Positions 9,362 to 18,923 of a stretch of DNA of 64,000 nt are shown piece by piece. The DNA is from an uncultured delta proteobacterium (GTDB taxonomy: Bacteria; Myxococcota_A; Polyangia; Polyangiales; Polyangiaceae). The position numbers and the translations under genes are program-made. The stretch is taken from contig CAWDXG010000001.1 in the NCBI GenBank assembly GCA_963806225.1, positions 192,001-256,000 of the forward strand. Reading direction: 5' to 3'. Numbering within the stretch: the first letter of the stretch is position 1; every line of letters begins with the position of its first letter. The notes beneath the pieces are model-generated. The model was not told the DNA's origin. It saw only the letters and a program-made list of their open reading frames with translations, and searched no databases.

Positions 9362-10027
9362 GTGCGGCGCGCGCTCCTGTCGTTGCTCCTGGTGGCGCCG
9401 CTCTGGGGATGCTCGTCGTCCTCGTCCGGAAGCCCGCACACGACGAGCGAAGCGGGCTCCGGATCGGGCGTCATCGACGGAGGCCCCGGCGGCGTGAAGA
9501 ACGTCGTCGTGACGCACCCGTCGGCGCCGCCCATCGCACCGGCCAGCGAGTGCACCGTGACCACGGAGGAGGCGAGCTACACCGAAGGGCCGCACGTCCC
9601 GGTCTGTTCGACCATTGCCTATCCGCACAACCCGCCCATGACGGGCGCGCACTATCCGGTCTGGGCCGACTACAAGGAGTACGACGCGCCCGTGCCGTGG
9701 GGCTTCCTTGTGCATTCGATGGAGCACGGCGGCGTGGTGCTCGCCTATAGCTGCACGAACTGCTCCGGGGTGCGCAACGCCTTCGAGAACATTGCCGCTC
9801 TGCTGCCGGCCGACCCGCTCTGCGCGGCGGGCCAGCACCGCGTCGTGATCGTACCCGCGCCGGATCTGGACGTGCCGATCGCTGCGATCGCGTGGGGCAC
9901 CGTCTACAAGGCAACGTGCCTGGACGTGTCGTCGCTGACGAAATGGGTGACGGATCACTACGCCCACGGCGGCGAGGACACCTGCGCGCCGGGGGATGAT
10001 CGGTCTGCGCAGGGATGGTGCCCCTGA
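9362..10027 (+). CDS. DUF3105 domain lipoprotein
   Basis: Lipobox LWGC; Y.HNPP.TG.HY, VHSMEHGGV and AWG motifs. Confidence 0.8.
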   Translation: MRRALLSLLLVAPLWGCSSSSSGSPHTTSEAGSGSGVIDGGPGGVKNVVVTHPSAPPIAPASECTVTTEEASYTEGPHVPVCSTIAYPHNPPMTGAHYPVWADYKEYDAPVPWGFLVHSMEHGGVVLAYSCTNCSGVRNAFENIAALLPADPLCAAGQHRVVIVPAPDLDVPIAAIAWGTVYKATCLDVSSLTKWVTDHYAHGGEDTCAPGDDRSAQGWCP

Positions 10028-10059
10028 GCCTGGCGCCTGCGCCGCGCCCGCCAGCAGGT

Positions 10060-10313
10060 CGTCGACGCCCATCACGTTGGTGCCCGGATTCAACACCGGC
10101 GCGGATGACCTGGGCGCGACCGCGCGCTTCCTGCGTCGCATGCCGCGCGTCCCGGGCGTGACGCTCCAGCCGTTCCACCGGCTCGCGGCGGGCAAGGCAG
10201 GACTCCACGGAGCGCCGTACGCCTACGCGGCCGTCGCGCCGCCGGGCAAAGCGGAGATGGAAGCCGCGGCGCAGCTGCTCGAGGACGAAGGCGTGCGGCT
10301 GACGCGCGCGTGA
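10060..10313 (+). pseudogene. C-terminal relic of a glycyl-radical activating enzyme (PflA-like radical SAM)
   Basis: PITLVPGFNTGADDLGATARFL...VTLQPFHRLAAGK resembles the PflA C-terminal pattern P.IPG.N...LLPYH.LG..K. No CxxxCxxC N-terminus is present. Confidence 0.55.
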
Positions 10314-10401
10314 ACCCTGGCGGCGTCGCGTGCGACGACTGATTGGCAGATCGCATTCCGGCGCCGCGACGGCCCGACGACGATGCTAGTCTGACTGCCC
10401 C

Positions 10402-11988
10402 ATGCGCCTTCGCTCGCCGCACTACCTGTTGCCGCTCGCCAGCGTCGCACTCTTCGCAGCCTGCAGCGGCGCAGGAGGAACCTCCGGTCCCGCTGCGGGC
10501 GGCAGCGGCGGCGCGGGCGGCAGTAACGCGGGCGGCAGCGGCGGCGCGGGCGGCAGCGGCGGCCAGACGCCGGATGGCGGCGGAGGCACCGCAGGGAGCG
10601 GCGGTGCGGCCGCGACCGATGCCGGGAAGGACGCGCCGCCGAGCGACGGCGCTTGCGCGCCGGTCACCGCCGCGCCCGACGTCGACCCGTGGTCGATGCG
10701 CCAGAAGGCGGCGGGCTTCGGCGGCATCCACACGTCGACCTCCGGTGGGCACACCGACGTGTTCCTGTCGAGTCCGACCGACCTCATCCGCATCGGCGTG
10801 CGGCTGGAGTGGGGCGGGACGGTCGTGTTCTTCGGCCTCACCGGAAACGCGGGCTCGAACGTGATCGACGCGAACGATACCGGCCGCGAGTTGCAGATCG
10901 CGCTCTACGATCCGACGCGCGCCCACCAACCGTGCGCCGCGACGGCCACCTGCGTCAGCAATCCGGCATCGTGCGGCAACTCGATCACGTTCCTGGGCTG
11001 GAACCCGGTGCAGGGCGGCGACGAGTGCGGCCACGGGGCGAAGGTGATCTCGCATGGCCAGGTGGGCAACGCGCTCGAGGTCTTGGTGCAGCCCTTGCAG
11101 TGGAACCCTGACTGGAACAAGCCGGACTGCACGCAGTCTTCGTGTGGCACGTCCGGTCTTCCGGTGGGTGTCCGCTACAGGATAGATTTCCGGTTCTTGA
11201 CCGAGCATGTGGTCGAGGTCGCTACCGAGGTCATCAGCCAGGAGTCGTTCAGCCATCCCGTCACCGGGCAGGAGTGGCCGACGCTGTACGTCTCGCACGG
11301 CTCGTCCGGGCCGGACCTGCCCGTGCTGCTCGACGCCGGGGGCAAGGTCATCAACATCAGCCAGCCCGGCAACGACGGCTTCCTGTACCAGAACTTCACT
11401 TCGCCCGCGCCCTGGGTCTCCTGGCAGAACACGAACAAGGACTACGGTGTGGGGCTCGCGATGGACCAGGGCACCACGGCCTTCCAGGGCTGGCGCGGTG
11501 ACGGCACGAACGCGCCGTACTTCCACAACGTGCGCGCGCAGGTCTCGTTCGGGATCGACGCGGGCAAGACGCTGCACGGCATCGCGTATCTCGCGCTCGG
11601 CTCGTTTGCCACGGTCAAGAGCGAGCTCGACGGCGTGCTGAAGAAGCGCGGCCCGTTCGGCGTGGTGGACGCGCCCGCGGCGGGCTCGCCGCTTGCCTAC
11701 AAGCCTGGCGCGAGCATCCCGGTGCGCGGCTGGGTGCTCGACAACGGCGCCGTCGGGAATGTCCACGTGCAGATCGACGGCGCCGACGCCGCGACGATCC
11801 CGGTGAAGGCCAGCCGCCCCGACGTCTGCGCGGTGTACCCCGCGTACGCCTCGTGCCCAGGTGTGGGCTACGACGGAACGGTCGACACCACGGGCCTGGG
11901 CGGGTGCAACCACCTCTTGCGCGTCGTGGCTACCGACGCCGACGGAAACCAGCGGACCCTCGGCGAGCGCGTGATCGCACCCCAGTGA
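10402..11988 (+). CDS. Secreted lipoprotein, hypothetical (beta-rich, C-terminal Ig-like domain)
   Basis: Lipobox FAAC, Gly linker, GC3-rich frame; C-terminal PFGVVD.P...VRGWVLD...RPDV domain. Confidence 0.7.
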   Translation: MRLRSPHYLLPLASVALFAACSGAGGTSGPAAGGSGGAGGSNAGGSGGAGGSGGQTPDGGGGTAGSGGAAATDAGKDAPPSDGACAPVTAAPDVDPWSMRQKAAGFGGIHTSTSGGHTDVFLSSPTDLIRIGVRLEWGGTVVFFGLTGNAGSNVIDANDTGRELQIALYDPTRAHQPCAATATCVSNPASCGNSITFLGWNPVQGGDECGHGAKVISHGQVGNALEVLVQPLQWNPDWNKPDCTQSSCGTSGLPVGVRYRIDFRFLTEHVVEVATEVISQESFSHPVTGQEWPTLYVSHGSSGPDLPVLLDAGGKVINISQPGNDGFLYQNFTSPAPWVSWQNTNKDYGVGLAMDQGTTAFQGWRGDGTNAPYFHNVRAQVSFGIDAGKTLHGIAYLALGSFATVKSELDGVLKKRGPFGVVDAPAAGSPLAYKPGASIPVRGWVLDNGAVGNVHVQIDGADAATIPVKASRPDVCAVYPAYASCPGVGYDGTVDTTGLGGCNHLLRVVATDADGNQRTLGERVIAPQ

Positions 11989-12003
11989 CGAGGCGCCGCC
12001 GCG

Positions 12004-12644
12004 CTACTCCGCCCCCAGCCAGTCCAGCGCGCGCTCGACGATCAGCTCCTGCGAGGCGAGCAGATCATGAACGTCGTCGACCTCGATGAGCCCGACGTTG
12101 TCGTGCTCGGCGGCGTAGCGCCGCGAGCCGTCGATGAGCACGGTCGGGTCGCGCGTGCCATGGATGATCAGCGTCGGGCAGGACACGGACGGCCAGGCCG
12201 GCTCCTCGCGCGACTCCTTGTAGAAGCGGTAGTGCACACGTGTGGGCGTGCCCGCGCTGTCCGGCATCAAAAGCGAGCCGTCGCGCTGCCACTTGTCCAT
12301 GGCGCCCGGTAAAAGCAGCTCGGGCCAGCGGCTCGCCAGAATCGAACGCCGGGCAGAGCAACAGCAGGCGAGCCACGCGCGCCGGGTGGAGCTCCGCCCA
12401 GCGCGCCGCCAGCCATCCGCCCAGGCTGGAGCCGACGAAGCCCCAGCCCTGCTCGTCGCCACGCTCGGCGTCGAGCTTGTCGAGCACGCCGAGCATCGCT
12501 CGCGGACTGAGCTCCGCGAACGAAGGTGCATTCAGAATCCGGCTTTAGCAGCTCGAGCCCCGCGGACTCGAACGCCTGGCAGAGGAGCAGCCCCTTCTTC
12601 GACAGCGGGCTGCCCCCGAAGCCGTGCAGGTAGGCGCGACGCAC
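12004..12644 (-). pseudogene. YqiA/YcfP-family alpha/beta hydrolase (esterase) with two apparent frameshifts, probably assembly errors
   Basis: YLHGFGGSPLSKKG (frame 1), GSSLGG nucleophile motif (frame 2), IIHGTRD...DDVH catalytic D/H (frame 3). Shifts at ~12535 and ~12340. Confidence 0.8.
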
Positions 12645-12695
12645 GAGAGCCGGCGTAGCAGCGCGTTGCGGCGGCGCCAAGCTCGCGCCGGGGCG

Positions 12696-14670
12696 CTACC
12701 TCGGCGCCGACAGTCCGAGCCCGAGCCCGGCTCCAGCGCCCAGTGACGGAACCGCTCCGCCCGGCGCCCTGGCGCCGCCGGCCCGGGCTTTGGCGGCTTC
12801 CTTCTTCATGCGTTCGAGCGCGGCGGCCGCGTCTTTCTTCACCTTCTTCACGATGGCTGGCGGCAGGTGCTTCTGCATCGCGCACGCCGGGGGGAAGCCG
12901 GCCTGGCACGCGCCCACGATGAAGCTCGCGCCGCGCTCCAGGTTGCGTTTGACGCCGCGGCCCTGGATGTTGGCGATGCCCGCGAGCAGGCACGACTGCG
13001 CGCCACCCTGGGCGCAGAGCGACTCGGCGAGCTGTACGCCGTCCTTCTCCTTGTCCTTCCCGCCGGCGCCGAGCAGCATCGCGCGCGCGTACATGGAGCA
13101 ACCGCGCAATGAGCCCATCTGCTTGCAGGAGGCTTCGAGCAGCTTCAGGCCTTTCTGCATGTCCTTCTTCACGCCCTGGCCGTCGGCCATCTGGGCGCCA
13201 TAGAACGCGCAGCCGTCGCCGTCGCCGCCGTCGCAGGCCTGCTTGAAGGAGCGGGCCGCGGCTTCGGGATCCGGCTTTCCCTGGACGCCCTGCATCTGCA
13301 GCGTGCCCAGCATGCTGCAGCCCTGCGGGCTGCCGCTGTTGCATGCTTTGGTGACCCGGCGGAGCGCATCGGCGGGATCCTTCTTGATCGAACCTACGCC
13401 CTGCATCTCCAGCATCGCCAGCTGCGTGCAGCCTGCGGCGCTGCCCTTGTCGCAGGCGTTCTTGATCAGCTCGGCGCCCCGCGTTGGATCGCGCTTTTCG
13501 CCAAGCTGGCCCGCGATCATCGCGCTTCCGATCGCGACACAGCCCTCGGGCAGTCCGTTGTCGCAGGCGCGGTGGAACAAGGCCCGGCGGCCTTGGCCGG
13601 GTCCGGCTCCACGCCCTGCCCGGCGGTGTACAGCTGGGCGAGCATGGCGCAGCCGGCCGGCGGCGCGTCGTCGCAGGCACGCTTGAGCAGCGTCACGGCG
13701 CCCGGCCAGATCGCGCTTCGCCGCCGCGGCCGCTGAGGTGCGCCACCGCCAGGTACACGCAGGCGTCCTTCGCGTCGCCTTCGCACGACTTCTTGAACAG
13801 CTTCACCGCGGCGGCTGCGTCGCGCTTCACGCCGCCCTGCCCGTCGAACATCATCACGCCCTGGCCCAGGCAGCCGCGATCGATGCCCTTCTTGCAGCTC
13901 GAGCTCGAACAGCGAGTAGGCGCGCGTCGGGTCCTTCTCCACGCCGACGCCGTTGAGGTAGGCGATGGCGAGCGACGAGCAGCCACGCTGCTCGCCCGCC
14001 TTGCACGACTTCTTGAACAGCTTGACGCCGCGCTTCGCGTCTTTCTTCACGCCGCCCTGCCCGACCAGCAGCAGGTGTCCGTAGCCGGCGCAGCCGAGCT
14101 GCGTTACCGTTCTTGCAGGACTTGTCGAAGTTGACGGCGGCGGCCTGCAGGTCGCGCGGGATGCCGGTGCCGTTGTACTGCGCGCGGCCGAGCTTGGCGC
14201 AGCCCTCGTAGTTCTTCGCCTCGCAGGCTTTGCGGATACAGCGACACGGCCTCGCGGTCGTCGCGCCGTCGGAGTCGTCGCCGGAAGACAGCTTGTCGGC
14301 CAGGCGCAGGCAGGCGCGGATGTCGGCCGGCGATGCGGTCGCAGAGCGTGCGGCAGGCCGAGCGCTCGGAGTGCTTGCACGCCTCGTGCAGCGCCTGCTC
14401 GGCGTGAGCGAGCCGTTGCTTGCGCAGCCGGAAGATAGCCGAAGCCGCGCCGGCCACGAGCACGACCGCGCCGACGATGTACCAGAGCAGTCTCGAGCTC
14501 CCGGAGCTGGCGGAGTCGTTGTCTCCGGCGGGCCGCTGGCGGCGCGGCTTGTCCCGCTTGTCGCGCGGGGCCGACTTGTCCGGCGTTGCTTCCGGCTCGT
14601 CAGGCGTTTCCGGCTCGTCAGGCGTTTCCGGCTCGTCAGGCGTTTCCGGCTCGTCGGAGGGAGAAGACAC
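12696..14670 (-). pseudogene. Membrane-anchored Sel1-like (HcpA-type) repeat protein with multiple apparent frameshifts
   Basis: Repeated KAC..G...GC..LG....G.GV.KD units spread across all three minus frames; N-terminal TM segment LLWYIVGAVVLVAGAASAIF. Confidence 0.75.
14590..14655. repeat. 18-bp tandem repeat, ~3.7 copies (encodes DEPETP on the minus strand)
   Basis: TTCCGGCTCGTCAGGCGT x3 plus a partial copy. Confidence 0.85.
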
Positions 14671-14781
14671 GGGGGCGCAGCCTAGCGGCGGCAGGCTCGA
14701 ACGCGAGCACATTCTGGCCGCCATTCCGATTTTCCGGCCGCCGCGCCAGGCCCCGCCGCGGGCCACGGCCAACGTCCGTCC

Positions 14782-14797
14782 CGGCACGCCCGATGCA
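14782..14797 (+). promoter_or_regulatory. Sigma54 (-24/-12) promoter
   Basis: CGGCACGCCCGATGCA has GG-N10-GC spacing and lies upstream of an AAGGAG SD and a small ORF. Confidence 0.6.
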
Positions 14798-14824
14798 TCG
14801 ACCCTTCAGAAAGGAGAAGGAAAG

Positions 14825-14974
14825 ATGCCGACAGGAGTCGGAACAAACCAGATGGATCCCGGCGGACCCATCCCGCAAGCGCCGAAGTCGCCCGTGCCCT
14901 GGATGACCTGGGTGTGGATCGCGTTCCTCGTGATGGTCGTGGTGCTGACCGTGGTTGGGTTCATCCTGATGTGA
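14825..14974 (+). CDS. 49-aa single-pass membrane microprotein
   Basis: AAGGAGAAGGAAAG-ATG; MPTGVGTNQMDPGGPIPQAPKSPVPWMTWVWIAFLVMVVVLTVVGFILM*. Confidence 0.65.
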   Translation: MPTGVGTNQMDPGGPIPQAPKSPVPWMTWVWIAFLVMVVVLTVVGFILM

Positions 14975-15486
14975 TCACCGGGGCAGATCGCGGCGATCTC
15001 CGCGCGCGGCGCGGCGATGCGCCACGAATCCACAGGAGCGGGACAACCTGCGCGAAGGGGTTGCGCGCGGCTCCAGGCGTTGACGAATCCATTGCGGTGC
15101 GCGGCTCTCGTTCCTCCCGCCCAGCGATGAATGCACCGTCAGAACCCACTCACGATCCGGTCCTGCCGAGCTGGCTGCTGGACGCGCCGGTCCGCAGATC
15201 CGTCGAGAGCTGCGTAGCGAGCTCGAGATTGTCGCGCACCACCCAGTGGTAGCCGACGGCGAGTCCGCTCCACGGAAGGCCCCCGGTGTGCTCGAAGAGC
15301 TGCTGTCCGTCGACGACCCGGGTGTAGAGGCCGAGGTTCATGGCCTGCGGATCGGCGGGCAGCCCCGCCAGGCGCAGACACAAGCCTGCGCCCAATCCGT
15401 CGGGGGCCGCATGCAGCGGCTGATCGACCGGGCCCGGCGCCCCCACGTGCAGCTCGGCCGTGGCGCGCCCGCGGCACCGGCGCCCT

Positions 15487-16302
15487 TCACTTCGCTGTCG
15501 CGTACTGCTCGACGAGCTGCCGCGCGGTGACGAAGCGGACGGCCGAGCCCCGGTTCTGGAGCTCGTCGACGAGCCCTGTGAACGCGCCCCACCAGCCCGT
15601 CTCGTCGCCGGGATAGGTCGTTCCCGGGTGCCACTCGAAGATCAGCGGCTCGCCGGTCTTCAGGTGGATGTCGATCGCCTTCTTCTCGTACTCGAGCAGC
15701 TCGTCGGGCGTCATCATGTCCTGGCAGGCGTTGTCACACATGGACGACGTCTCGCCGTAGTAGACGACGATCGGCATCGGCAGCACGGCGAACGAATGCC
15801 CCTGCAAGGCGTATGGCTTGAACCTGTAGACGGAGAATCGTTCTGCGCGAGCGCTCCGCTCGAGATAGTCGAAGCCCTTCTCGTCCATTAGCTCGTAGGT
15901 GTCCTGGTTCGCCGTGAAGCGATTCGCGCGGAAGCCGGTGACGGTCCCCGCGCCGCAGCGCGAGCCCGCCTGCGCGATGGCATCCATCTCGGCTTCCTGC
16001 TCCCTGCGGGTTGTCTCGTCGTCGATGTTGGTCGGGTACTTGCCGGCGATCTCGTAGCCCTGCTGCGCCCAGGTTCCGACGGAGCCGCAGGCGGCGTCGA
16101 TCTCGGCGCCGTTCAACCAGACGGTCGCGACGATCCCGCGCTTGTGTAGCTCGTTCATCATCGGCTGGATGTTGTCGGTTCCCGTCACCTGGATGTTCAC
16201 TTCCAGACGCGCCGGGAATTCCACCACCGTCGCGTCCGTCCCGCAGGCCGCGGCAGCGAACAATGCACCGGCAAGCAGGACGCCGTGTCTTGCGCGCATC
16301 AT
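15487..16302 (-). CDS. Polysaccharide deacetylase (NodB/CE4-like) lipoprotein
   Basis: Lipobox AAAC; RGIVATVW, GYEIA, VTGFRA, GFDY, FEWHP and VRFVTA motifs. Confidence 0.65.
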   Translation of the reverse strand: MMRARHGVLLAGALFAAAACGTDATVVEFPARLEVNIQVTGTDNIQPMMNELHKRGIVATVWLNGAEIDAACGSVGTWAQQGYEIAGKYPTNIDDETTRREQEAEMDAIAQAGSRCGAGTVTGFRANRFTANQDTYELMDEKGFDYLERSARAERFSVYRFKPYALQGHSFAVLPMPIVVYYGETSSMCDNACQDMMTPDELLEYEKKAIDIHLKTGEPLIFEWHPGTTYPGDETGWWGAFTGLVDELQNRGSAVRFVTARQLVEQYATAK

Positions 16303-16329
16303 GTCGTCTCCCTCCCTGCAGGAAACGGA

Positions 16330-16345
16330 AGCACCCGACGTGCCA
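16330..16345 (-). promoter_or_regulatory. Sigma54 promoter of the deacetylase gene
   Basis: Minus strand TGGCACGTCGGGTGCT (GG-N10-GC), followed by a GGGAGG SD. Confidence 0.6.
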
Positions 16346-16470
16346 CCCTCCGGCGGAAGTCACGGGACAATCCACAACCGGCGGACAAGCTGTGCGAAGC
16401 GCTTGCGCGCCCGCATGACTGCCGACGAATTTGTTGCGGCGCCGCCGCTGCGATCGCGCGGGCGCTCTGC

Positions 16471-16486
16471 TGGCACGCTCCGTGCG
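16471..16486 (+). promoter_or_regulatory. Sigma54 promoter of the ferritin-like gene
   Basis: TGGCACGCTCCGTGCG (GG-N10-GC), followed by an AAGGA SD. Confidence 0.6.
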
Positions 16487-16513
16487 TCCTGCCGTCACGA
16501 AAGGACAGCTGCC

Positions 16514-16945
16514 ATGTCGGTGCTAGAGGACAGGGAGTCGCAGGCGCTGCGCGACGCACTGGAGGACGAGTACCAGGCGTGGGCGACCTACGACCAGGTC
16601 ATCCGCGACTTCGGTCCGGAGCGGCCGTTCATCAACATCCGCGAATCCGAAGCGCGCCACATCGCAGCGCTGCGCGCGCTGTTCGACCGCTACGACCTGG
16701 ACGTGCCGGACAACACGTGGCCCGGTCGCGTCCCGCGTTTCGCGAGCCTCCGTCAGGCATGCGAAGCCGGCATCGAGGCAGAGGTCGCGAATGCCGCTCT
16801 CTACCAGCGGCTGATGCAGAGCACGACCCGGCCCGACATCCACGCCGTGTACGAGAACCTGCGTCGCGCCTCCCAGGAGCGGCATCTCCGCGCCTTCCAG
16901 CGCTGTGCGAGCCGCGGGCCTCGACGCCATGCCAGGCGACCCTGA
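16514..16945 (+). CDS. Ferritin-like DUF2202 protein
   Basis: ALEDEYQA.ATY..VI..FG...PF.NI..SE.RH...L; C..GIEAE..N..LY; L..AS...HL.AF. Confidence 0.8.
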   Translation: MSVLEDRESQALRDALEDEYQAWATYDQVIRDFGPERPFINIRESEARHIAALRALFDRYDLDVPDNTWPGRVPRFASLRQACEAGIEAEVANAALYQRLMQSTTRPDIHAVYENLRRASQERHLRAFQRCASRGPRRHARRP

Positions 16946-17199
16946 CGTTGGAGGTGCAGCGCCCGGCCGCGCCGCCGATCGCATGTGGGACGGCCTGATC
17001 GCCCCGTCCGACAGCGCGTGGGCGAAGGGCGCGAACGTGCTGGCCGACGCGCCGCTGACCCAACGCGCGCTGTCCGGAGAGAAGAGTATCCCGCCTTCTT
17101 CGGGCTCGACATGGCTACTTCTTCCCCTCCGCCCTGTTCTCGAAGGGCAACAGCTTGCGCATGGATAGCTGGGTGTCGCGGAACGGGCGCTCCTTCTTC

Positions 17200-17564
17200 G
17201 CAAAAACGGCCGAGCTCCGACAGAATCGGTCCCGAGCGCAAGCCGGTCAATCGACTCCTTGGACGAGTCCTTGGCCAGCGCGGCGAGCGCCTGCTTCGCG
17301 AGCTTCTCGAAATCCTGGTGAAGCGCCGCGACGCCGACGTTGTGGAACTGACTCGAAGTAGAGCTTCTTTCCGAGCGCGATGCGCGCAGCCGTTTCCGCG
17401 TTGTCCTTGGGAAGCAACACCTTCCAGATTGCCGGGTCGACACGCCGGGGCAGCCCGAGCCGCGGAGACTTGCCGAGCAGCGTGTCGAGCGTCGACTCCT
17501 GCTGGGCCATCGCCTGCGCGCCGTGAAGGGCGTTGCCCACACCAGCAGCAGTGCCGGAGCCCAC
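17200..17564 (-). pseudogene. Di-heme cytochrome c peroxidase relic with a large internal deletion
   Basis: LLPKDNAETAARIALGKKLYFE is joined directly to the post-heme-2 segment QFHNVGV...LALGTD-LSELGRF. Both CxxCH motifs are absent. Confidence 0.65.
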
Positions 17565-17654
17565 CCCAGACGCCGCGGCAGCCAGCGCTACGCACGCTAC
17601 AAGCAGCCACTTCGGCTACAGCGTCGCCGCCCCCTTCGAGCCGGCTGCCAGACA

Positions 17655-17669
17655 TGGCACGGAATCAGC
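17655..17669 (+). promoter_or_regulatory. Possible sigma54 promoter upstream of dps
   Basis: TGGCACGGAATCAGC has GG-N10-GC spacing, but the -12 box is non-canonical. Confidence 0.35.
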
Positions 17670-17729
17670 GTCGTGCTTACGGTAGGTGCGCTGCGAGGCG
17701 GTGATTAGCGGCGACACGAAGGAGAGATC

Positions 17730-18197
17730 ATGGACATCGACATCGGTATCGACAAGAGGTCGCGGGAGCAGATCGCCGCGTCGCTTTCCAGGGTCCAGGC
17801 CGACACCTACACGCTCTACCTGAAGACCCATAACTTCCACTGGAACGTAACGGGGCCGATGTTCCAGACGCTGCATCTAATGTTCGAGCAGCAGTACAAC
17901 GAGCTCTGGCTCGCGATCGATCTCGTGGCGGAGAGGATCCGGGCCCTCGGATTCCCGGCCCCGGGCAGCTACCGGCAGTTCGCCGAGCTGACGTCCATCA
18001 AGGAGGACGACGGCGTGCCCAAGGCAGAGGACATGATCCGCCGGCTGGTCGAAGGGCACGAGACGGTCGCACGCACCGCTCGCGACGCTTTCAGGCTGAC
18101 CGAGGAAGTGCACGACCAGCCGACGTGTGACCTCTTGACCCAGCGCATGCAGGTCCACCAGAAGACGGCGTGGATGCTCCGTAGCCTTCTCGAGTGA
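17730..18197 (+). CDS. dps: Dps DNA-protection-during-starvation protein
   Basis: [44 protein letters not shown]. Confidence 0.96.
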   Translation: MDIDIGIDKRSREQIAASLSRVQADTYTLYLKTHNFHWNVTGPMFQTLHLMFEQQYNELWLAIDLVAERIRALGFPAPGSYRQFAELTSIKEDDGVPKAEDMIRRLVEGHETVARTARDAFRLTEEVHDQPTCDLLTQRMQVHQKTAWMLRSLLE

Positions 18198-18218
18198 GAG
18201 TGGTCCAGAGCCCCCGCG

Positions 18219-18917
18219 ATGACCGTCGATGATGACACGATGCTGGAGGTCTCGAACCTGCGCGTGGCGTTCGAGCGCCAGGTCATCCTGGAGAACCTGT
18301 CGTTTCGTGTGGAGCGCGGCGAGATCCTGACGATTCTCGGGCCGAACGGGGCAGGCAAGACCGTGCTGCTCCGCACGCTGCTCGGTCTGGTGCCGCATCA
18401 GGGAACCGTCGCCTGGCAGAAAGGCATCCGCATCGGCTACGTGCCGCAGCGCCTGCCGTACATCCGGGACATTCCTGTCAGCGTCGGGGACTTCTTTGCC
18501 CTGAAGGGCCATGGCGGTCTGGAGGCGCGAGCGATGCTGCGCGCCGTGGGGCTCCCCGACGAGCTTGTGAAGAAGCGCATTGGCGACGTGTCGTCTGGGC
18601 AGTTCCAGCGCATCCTGATCGCCTGGGGTCTGGTTGGCGACCCGCACGTTCTCCTGTTCGACGAGCCGACGACGGGGGTCGACGTGAGCGGCGAGGAGAC
18701 CGTCTACAGTCTGCTCGAACGGCTGCACCGGGAGCGCGATCTGACCATGCTGATCGTCACACACGACCTGGCGGTGGTCTACAAGCTGTCGTCGACCGTG
18801 CTGTGCGTGAACAGGGAATCCATCTGCCACGGCCCACCGGTTTCCGTGCTGACTCCGGAGGCGCTCGAGCGCCTGTACGGAACCGAGGTGAAGTACTACC
18901 AGCACCGGCAGGAGTAG
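18219..18917 (+). CDS. znuC: Zn/Mn ABC transporter ATP-binding protein (ZnuC-like)
   Basis: GPNGAGKT, IGYVPQR, SSGQFQR, DEPTTGVD, VTHDL, C.N..ICHG.P. Confidence 0.85.
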   Translation: MTVDDDTMLEVSNLRVAFERQVILENLSFRVERGEILTILGPNGAGKTVLLRTLLGLVPHQGTVAWQKGIRIGYVPQRLPYIRDIPVSVGDFFALKGHGGLEARAMLRAVGLPDELVKKRIGDVSSGQFQRILIAWGLVGDPHVLLFDEPTTGVDVSGEETVYSLLERLHRERDLTMLIVTHDLAVVYKLSSTVLCVNRESICHGPPVSVLTPEALERLYGTEVKYYQHRQE

Positions 18918-18923
18918 CGTCGC

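Noticed and set aside
15150..15446. 98-aa minus-strand ORF (LFEHTGGLPWSG...)
   Set aside because: It looks partly protein-like, but I cannot assign a family or a credible start. It may be another relic.
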